Assembly (NCBI GenBank): GCA_963818475.1 | Contig: CAWFSF010000006.1 | Location: forward strand, 1,472,001-1,536,000 | Length of the DNA: 64,000 bases | Reading direction: 5' to 3' | From: Nitrospirota bacterium | Lineage (GTDB): Bacteria > Nitrospirota > UBA9217 | In this document: piece by piece, positions 57,693 through 64,000 of the stretch | How positions within the stretch are numbered: position 1 is the stretch's first letter | Layout of the letters: each line of letters begins with the position of its first letter | Translations under genes and position numbers: made by a program | The notes under the pieces: model-generated | What the model was told of the DNA's origin: nothing | What the model saw: only the letters and a program-made list of their open reading frames with translations | Databases searched by the model: none

Positions 57693-57857
57693 AGAAACAA
57701 CCAGCGGAGCAGATCATTAACGATAGTCCGTCTAGCGACTAGTTATACCCCGCACTTTTTCTCATTGCCTCACCGAATTTCAGTTCGAGCGTTTAATTTA
57801 TATTTCCTGCACATTTTGTGATTCAGCTGTTTTTATTATGAAGATTCAGTGTTAATT

Positions 57858-57886
57858 TTGACTTCACTTACTACTGATGCTATAAT
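57858..57886 (+). promoter_or_regulatory. rmuC promoter
   Basis: TTGACT-17-TATAAT with TG extension. Confidence 0.7.
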
Positions 57887-57922
57887 GCCGTCAATTCAGC
57901 TTTCGGATGTAAACTATTTATC

Positions 57923-59057
57923 ATGCAAATCGCCATCCTCATACTCCTCGCCGCCATCGTCCTCATCCTCCTCTGGCTTGTGATCCAGTCGCAGAAGAAG
58001 ACCGTCGACCCGTACAGTCACCCTGATGCAGCAGGAAGTGCAGTCCCTGCGCGGGCAGTTGACCGACGCCATGCTGAAAAACCAGGAGTCGGTGAACCAG
58101 CAGCTCGGCCAGATCACGATGCAGGTGAATACCCAGCTCGGCCAGGCAACGTCACAGATGAACACACGTCTCGGCCAGGTGACGGAGCAGCTCCAGAAAT
58201 CGACGGGCGACCTGAACAGCAGGCTGGACAACGCCGCCCGCGTGGTGCAGGAAGTGAGCAAGGGGCTCGGCAGTCTGAGCGAAGCCACGAAAAAGGTCTT
58301 TGACGTGGGCAAGGACATCGCAAGCCTGCAGGAGATCCTGCGCTCGCCCAAACTGCGCGGGGGGCTGGGCGAACTGTTCCTCGGCGACCTGCTGGCGCAG
58401 ATCTTCCCGCCGGCGCACTACACGCTCCAGCACCGGTTCAAAAGCGGCGAGGCCGTGGACGCAGTGATCAGGGTCGGCCAGAGCCTCGTGCCCGTGGACG
58501 CGAAGTTCCCGCTCGAGAACTTCAAACGCGTCGTCGAGACGGCAACCGAGGAAGAGCGGAAGATCGCCAAGAAGAAGTTCATCGGCGACGTAAAGAAACA
58601 TATCGACGCCATATCCGGGAAATACATCCTGCCCGACGAAGGGACCTTCGATTTCGCGCTCATGTACATCCCTGCCGAGAATGTCTATTACGAGCTGATC
58701 ATCAAGGACGAGGTCGTGGATACGGACAAGGCGCTCCTGAACTACGCTTTTGCAAAGCGGGTGATCCCGGTCTCGCCGAACAGCTTCTATGCCTACCTGC
58801 AGACCATCCTGCTCGGGCTCAAGGGGCTGCATATCGAGGCCCAGGCGCAGGACATCCTGAAAAACCTGGCAAGACTTTCCGGAGATTTCAAAAAGTTTCA
58901 GGATGAATTCGAACTGGTCGGGAAACACCTGACTAATACGAAAACACGCTATGACGAAGCGGACAAACGACTCGAAAAATTCAGTGACAAGCTCCAGTCC
59001 CTGAGCGGTACGGAGCCTCATGAGGTAATCGAAGAGACAAAAAAATTGCCGCTCTGA
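57923..59057 (+). CDS. rmuC: DNA recombination protein RmuC; frameshift near 58020
   Basis: N-terminal TM, coiled coil, PKLRG.LGE, VPVDAKFPL, I..KYI, DFALMYIPAE. Confidence 0.92.
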
Positions 59058-59124
59058 TCTGTGCGGCAATCCTGCGTACATCCTTCTTATTTCTTTCACC
59101 TAACTCGAAAAACCGGAATCAAAA

Positions 59125-59230
59125 TTTGCCACGAAGACTCGAAGTCACGAAGAACGACAAAACCGTTTAAGATAGTGTTTTACTGATTAGATTAAGGCCG
59201 TACTTCGTGTCTTAGTGCCTTCGTGGCAAA
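59125..59230. repeat. 8-bp-period inverted element between convergent genes
   Basis: TTTGCCACGAAGACTCGAAGTCACGAAG ... CTTCGTGTCTTAGTGCCTTCGTGGCAAA. Confidence 0.75.
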
Positions 59231-59311
59231 AGATTCTTGCCATTTTGAGTAGAATTTAATACTTAGTTACTGATAAGACAACCCCGTTTTTTTCATGGCA
59301 TTGTTCACCAT

Positions 59312-60055
59312 CTATCTCCTGCTCCTCATCTTGGAAAGCAATCTCAGGATCTCGATATAGAGCCAGATCAGCGTTACCATGAGGCCGAAGGCTGCATACC
59401 ATTCCATGTACTTCGGCGCACCCTGCTCTGCCCCCTTCTCGATGAAATCGAAGTCGAGCACCAGGTTCAGCGCCGCTACAACGACGACGAAGAGGCTGAA
59501 CCCGATCCCGATGAGGCCGCTCTCGTGAATGTAAGGCATGCGCACGTTAAACAGGCCGAGCACCATCGTGGCGAGATAGACCAGCGCGATCCCGCCGGTT
59601 GCCGCCACCACGCCGAGCTTGAAGTTCTCGGTCGCCTTGATGAGCCCTGACCGGTAGGCGAACAGGAGTCCGAAGAGCGTGCCGAACGTGAGTCCCACGG
59701 CCTGGATCACGATGCCGGGGTAGCGCGCTTCGATGAGCGACGAGATGCCGCCGAGCACCAGCCCTTCCAGCAGCGCATAAAGCGGCGCCGTCACTCCCGC
59801 CCACTGCTTCTTAAATACGGTCACGAGCGCCACAATAAAGCCGCCGATGGCCCCGCCCAGCACCCAGATACCCATGGAATCAGCGGCCGTATAGTACATC
59901 CGCCATGTCCAGGCCGCTGTCAGGAGCACCAGCAGAAGGAGCACGCCGGTTTTGTTCACGGTCCCCTGCACCGTCATGGAATCACCTGCTGCGATCGCGC
60001 GCCCGTGGCTTCTGAACACGCTGTCGTTCAAGGTCGGATTGGATGTTCTCATCAT
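59312..60055 (-). CDS. Bax inhibitor-1/YccA family membrane protein
   Basis: MRTSNP, MT..GT..KT, LVLDFDFIE.G...GAPKYMEWY.AFGL.VTL.WLY.EILRLL. Confidence 0.9.
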   Translation of the reverse strand: MMRTSNPTLNDSVFRSHGRAIAAGDSMTVQGTVNKTGVLLLLVLLTAAWTWRMYYTAADSMGIWVLGGAIGGFIVALVTVFKKQWAGVTAPLYALLEGLVLGGISSLIEARYPGIVIQAVGLTFGTLFGLLFAYRSGLIKATENFKLGVVAATGGIALVYLATMVLGLFNVRMPYIHESGLIGIGFSLFVVVVAALNLVLDFDFIEKGAEQGAPKYMEWYAAFGLMVTLIWLYIEILRLLSKMRSRR

Positions 60056-60114
60056 GGTACTCCTCCATGTCACTGCGGTAATTGGTCTTTACGCTTTCAT
60101 CAAATACTGACGCG

Positions 60115-61770
60115 CTAAGATAAAGGCTCCGTACTTGTCTCGCCGGAGGGCTCCGCCCTGCTCAGCACTACTTTATTCTTCCCTGATCTCTTTGCGCTGT
60201 ACAACGCGTTGTCCGCTTCAACCACAAGGCTCCGGATAGACACCGCATTGGCGGGACAGGACGCCACGCCGATGCTCACGGTCATTGCAACACTTGCTTC
60301 ACCGGCGGAAAAGACCGTATTTTTTATGAGTTCGCGGATCCGTTCAGCCACAAATCTTCCTGCATTCGTATCCGTTGCAGGCAGGATAACGGAGAACTCT
60401 TCACCGCCATACCTGAAAGCAAAGTCCTGGTCCCGTATGGAATGTATAATACAACGCGCAATATCCTGCAGTACGCGGTCTCCTGCCGGGTGGCCATAGG
60501 TATCGTTGATATTTTTAAAATTATCCGCGTCGATCATCAAGAGCGTCAGTTTTTCGCCGTATTGGGCATAAAGGTCGAACTTTTTCTCGATTATCGTGTG
60601 GAAATGCCTCCTCGTATACAATCGCGTAAGCTCGTCGGTGATGGCAATAAGATAGAGCGCCGCATTTTCAAAGGCAGCGGCAATATGCGTGCTCATGGCT
60701 TTGACCAGGTCCAGCCCGAGATCATTTATGCTGCCGTCGGTCTTTTTGATGAGAATAAGCGCAAGCCGGTTGTTTCCTTTTGCCACGGGCATGGACACGG
60801 TTTTCCTGTCGGGTGACACGGTTATTTCGGTGTATTCATCCCGGAGCCAGGCGAGAACGACCTCACGGTCCGGGTCCTCACCCGGAGGCAGGCCGCGCAC
60901 CATTCTATTTTCTTTTTTTCTCCAGATAACGCTGTTATAGTCCCGGCTTTCACGGGGAAGAATGATCGTGATCTCATCAGCGTTGAATATCTCACTGATC
61001 GTCGCCACGATGATACGCTTCAGTTCCTCCATCTCGATGGTTTTGCTCAGGCGCTCCACCATCATGTACAACATGGACAGTTCCGTTGACCGGACGAGGA
61101 TCTCTTTGATATAGGTATCGACCCCGCGGGAAAGCAGTTTCGACAGCAGCGGAACAATAACGATGAGGCACAGCCCTCCCGACAGCGCTATCATGAGCTC
61201 AATATGCGTGATCAGGGCGTAGGTCGGCTGGATGGAACGGTCGATGATCAGTTTGCCGTTGATCCTGTCGGCTGCGGCGTGGCAGACATGGCAGGGTTTG
61301 TCATTAAAGATGATATTGACATTCCTCAGCACATCCTGGCCCTGCAGATTGATGATCATGGTGGTGTCCCGCGGGACGGTCACGGGGCCGGTGTGGCATC
61401 CTTTGCAGGAAGGGTCGAGGAAGCGGTCGATGACCGTGCCGATCTCGTTCTTGCTCGAGGAATAAACGACCTTGCCTGTTTTGTCGACGATGAATGCTTT
61501 AACGATGGTGGAATCGCTTTTACCGATCATCTCAAGGGTTTCCTGGATGCTTTGCGAGTTCCGGACCAGCATCAGGCTGCGCAGGCTCGATTCGATAACC
61601 TCGCTCACTTCAAGCGTATTCGTTTTGCTGTCCGTGAGCAGGTGCGGCCTGAGCGTTTGGGCGATGAAGAACATGGCTAGAACAACCGACAAGGAGATCA
61701 CGCTGATGATCCCGGCAATGATCTTCCTTTTGTAACGATAGAGCCAGACTGACTTATTCATTTCCCGCAT
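60115..61770 (-). CDS. membrane diguanylate cyclase with two periplasmic CxxCH motifs and GAF-like region
   Basis: CKGCH and CHVCH between two TMs; D.LT.LY, D.FK.INDTYGH..GD, RDQD I-site, YGGEEF. Confidence 0.9.
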   Translation of the reverse strand: MREMNKSVWLYRYKRKIIAGIISVISLSVVLAMFFIAQTLRPHLLTDSKTNTLEVSEVIESSLRSLMLVRNSQSIQETLEMIGKSDSTIVKAFIVDKTGKVVYSSSKNEIGTVIDRFLDPSCKGCHTGPVTVPRDTTMIINLQGQDVLRNVNIIFNDKPCHVCHAAADRINGKLIIDRSIQPTYALITHIELMIALSGGLCLIVIVPLLSKLLSRGVDTYIKEILVRSTELSMLYMMVERLSKTIEMEELKRIIVATISEIFNADEITIILPRESRDYNSVIWRKKENRMVRGLPPGEDPDREVVLAWLRDEYTEITVSPDRKTVSMPVAKGNNRLALILIKKTDGSINDLGLDLVKAMSTHIAAAFENAALYLIAITDELTRLYTRRHFHTIIEKKFDLYAQYGEKLTLLMIDADNFKNINDTYGHPAGDRVLQDIARCIIHSIRDQDFAFRYGGEEFSVILPATDTNAGRFVAERIRELIKNTVFSAGEASVAMTVSIGVASCPANAVSIRSLVVEADNALYSAKRSGKNKVVLSRAEPSGETSTEPLS

Positions 61771-61828
61771 GGCTGTTATCCTTTACCGGCCTCGCCTTGC
61801 AGCGTGGCCGCACCAAAGACGTCATGCG

Positions 61829-62155
61829 CTAGTGTGCATGACCCGAATGCCCGCCGGAGACGACATAGACAAGCGGTACCGTGCCTGAATTCCCGGCAAG
61901 GACCGTTTCGTCACCCACCAGGTGCAGCGCCTGCCCCTGCTTCAGCGTTCCGACATGAGCACCGGTCAGGGTCATGTCTCCCTGAAGAGCGAGAATGAGC
62001 TCTTCATGTCCATGGCCCGGCTTGAGCTCCCGTCCGTTCTCCCCCGGCTGCAGGACCCCGTAGATAAGGTAACAAGCATGGCTGCCTGTTTCCTGCGAAC
62101 CGAGAAGGTACTCACCCGTTCCCTGCAGCTTGCCAATTACGTCGAAGATCTTCAT
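61829..62155 (-). CDS. cupin-like protein
   Basis: HACYLIYG.L.PGE, GHGHEEL, GGHSGHAH. Confidence 0.65.
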   Translation of the reverse strand: MKIFDVIGKLQGTGEYLLGSQETGSHACYLIYGVLQPGENGRELKPGHGHEELILALQGDMTLTGAHVGTLKQGQALHLVGDETVLAGNSGTVPLVYVVSGGHSGHAH

Positions 62156-62182
62156 TCCACACTCCCCGTGCCGCATGCGGGA

Positions 62183-64000
62183 CTACATTTCCACGCGTGT
62201 CACGACTCCGTGCAGCTTGTTGGCAGGCAGTTTGTAGAACTGGACAAGATTGGGAGTCAGGCGCTTGATGACCGAAAAGACCTGCCAGACCGGGTTCGTT
62301 GGAATGATGTCCTCGACGCCATAGAAGATCGTCTTTTCGCTGATCCCCGCCTCGCGCAGTATCTCTTCCACGTCCGGCACTTCCATGTACCCTACCTGGA
62401 TCTCGAACCAACGGAGGCCGTCGGCAAGTTGCTCCCTGAAAAAACCTGCAACACCAAAAGGGTCTTCACGTTTGACAATGGAGATAATGACGTTGTCCTG
62501 GTAGATGATGTTGTTCTTGAACATGGTATGGACCATGTACGGAGGTATTTCTTTGGCATCCCTGGCAAAGAACAATGCCGTGCCGCTGATCTTGTTCACA
62601 GCCTTGTATATCTGATTATAGGACAGCAGAAACACATCAAGGGGCAGCGGCTGAAGCGCCCAATAGAGCTTTCGCTGCCCGGTCCGATACAGCATGATGA
62701 TCGAGAACGGAATGGCTGCGATGATGAGGGACCAGTATCCTCCGTGCGGTATCTTGTAGGTGTTCGATACCAGGAACGTAAAAGACACTATGGTCACGAG
62801 CAGCGACAGTGCGGTGCGGCCATGCTTGCGCCTGATATGGAATATCCAGGTCATGAAAATACCGGTGAGGGTCATGGTGCCGGTCACGGCGAGGCCGTAA
62901 GCAGCGGCAAGATTGGCAGACTCCCGGAACTCGACCATGATGAAGATGACCGCCAGGAGGAGGAACCAGTTCACAAAACCGATGTAGATCTGGGACTGGC
63001 GTTCCATGGAAGTGTAATCCACCTTGAACATGGGCATGATCCGCGTGGCGATGCCTTGGTAAACGATCGAGAACATGCCGCTGATCATGGCCTGCGATGC
63101 GATGACCGTCGCCATGATGGACAGGAGCAGGAACGGAACATACAGGAACTGCGCCTGGTGAAATACCATCTCGAAGAGCACGTTCCTGGCGCCGGGATGC
63201 TGGATGAGATACGCCCCCTGGCCCAGGTAGTTCAGCACCAGGGCGAAGAACACAAAGTACCACGATTTGACGATCGGTTCCCTTCCGAGGTGCCCCATAT
63301 CCGCATACAGCGCCTCGCCGCCGGTGGCGCAGAGAATGACCTCGGACAGGACGAAGAACCCGGTGAGACCGTTGTGGTACAGGAACTGGAAGGCATGGAT
63401 CGGATTCACTGCCTTGATCACGGAGGGAACCTGAACAATGGATATGACCCCGAAAACCGTGAGCGCTATGAACCACAGGAGCATCATCGGCCCGAAAGCG
63501 CCGGCAACCTTCTCGGTGCCCTTCTTTTGAAAGGAGAACAGAATGAACGCTATGGCGCTGGCAATGACGATAAGCGAGGTCTGTGCCGTTTTTTCAAATC
63601 CGGGGATCAGGAGGATGCCTTCGACAGCGCTCAGGATACTGATAGCCGGCGTGATGACGCCGTCGCCGATGATAAGCGATATACCGATGAACGACAGGAG
63701 CGTAACGACGGTGATCGATCGGCCCGATTTCAGGAGGGGCACCAGGAGCTCCCGGAGCACGATGGTCCCGCCCTCTCCGCGTTTGCCGAGACTCATGGCG
63801 AGCCAGGCGTACTGCACGGTGACCAGCAGGATAAGCGTCCAGACGATCAGGGACAGGACGCCGATCACACTGTCAGCCGTCCGTACGATTGAGGGAAGCA
63901 GGAAGATAACCGTCAGCGTGTAGATGGGGCTCGTGCCGATATCGCCGAAAACGAGGCCGAGGGATTTGAGGGTTCCTTTGAATGGAGATGCTTTATCAGG
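62183..64000 (-). CDS. kup: KUP/HAK/KT potassium transporter (start lies just beyond window)
   Basis: Frame open to window edge: LGLVFGDIGTSPIYT, GEGG, GDGVITPAISILSAVEG, TGGEALYADMGH. Confidence 0.95.
   Translation of the reverse strand, partial: PDKASPFKGTLKSLGLVFGDIGTSPIYTLTVIFLLPSIVRTADSVIGVLSLIVWTLILLVTVQYAWLAMSLGKRGEGGTIVLRELLVPLLKSGRSITVVTLLSFIGISLIIGDGVITPAISILSAVEGILLIPGFEKTAQTSLIVIASAIAFILFSFQKKGTEKVAGAFGPMMLLWFIALTVFGVISIVQVPSVIKAVNPIHAFQFLYHNGLTGFFVLSEVILCATGGEALYADMGHLGREPIVKSWYFVFFALVLNYLGQGAYLIQHPGARNVLFEMVFHQAQFLYVPFLLLSIMATVIASQAMISGMFSIVYQGIATRIMPMFKVDYTSMERQSQIYIGFVNWFLLLAVIFIMVEFRESANLAAAYGLAVTGTMTLTGIFMTWIFHIRRKHGRTALSLLVTIVSFTFLVSNTYKIPHGGYWSLIIAAIPFSIIMLYRTGQRKLYWALQPLPLDVFLLSYNQIYKAVNKISGTALFFARDAKEIPPYMVHTMFKNNIIYQDNVIISIVKREDPFGVAGFFREQLADGLRWFEIQVGYMEVPDVEEILREAGISEKTIFYGVEDIIPTNPVWQVFSVIKRLTPNLVQFYKLPANKLHGVVTRVEM

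Noticed and set aside
58100-58200. 33-bp tandem repeats in rmuC
   Set aside because: Encode 11-residue coiled-coil units (QLGQ...), ordinary for RmuC

Overview
GC-rich Gram-negative bacterial chromosome segment; gene content suggests Nitrospirota or a Desulfobacterota-like lineage (inference only). About 20 single-base frameshifts hit even normally essential genes (era, lnt) and are best read as long-read indel errors. Layout: (1) 0.8-8.7 kb housekeeping block: Lys-rich histone-like fusion protein, long-form hflX, pmbA/tldE, queD, a tandem Hfq plus a further Hfq paralog, lnt, recO. (2) 8-45 kb, all genes on the minus strand: pbpC and alpha-2-macroglobulin separated by ~15 kb of accessory genes (a C-terminal-GG ubiquitin-like protein with a DUF4132 protein, a small ORF/Rad50-like ATPase/SIR2 trio, vapBC between 159-bp direct repeats, M48 protease), then M15 peptidase, YARHG protein, nuclease-Rad3 helicase, and a decayed integrase-less set of attC-like sites bounding TA genes, a GNAT, a DUF2971 remnant and a full katG. 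(3) 45-64 kb: nadA, kdpFABC-kdpDE, KimA-like APC permease, rmuC, Bax-inhibitor-like protein, diheme diguanylate cyclase, cupin and kup. No rRNA, tRNA, CRISPR, integrase or transposase was seen. Best candidates for undescribed biology: the Ubl-GG/DUF4132 pair, the SMC-ATPase/SIR2 trio, and the katG cassette with its attC family.
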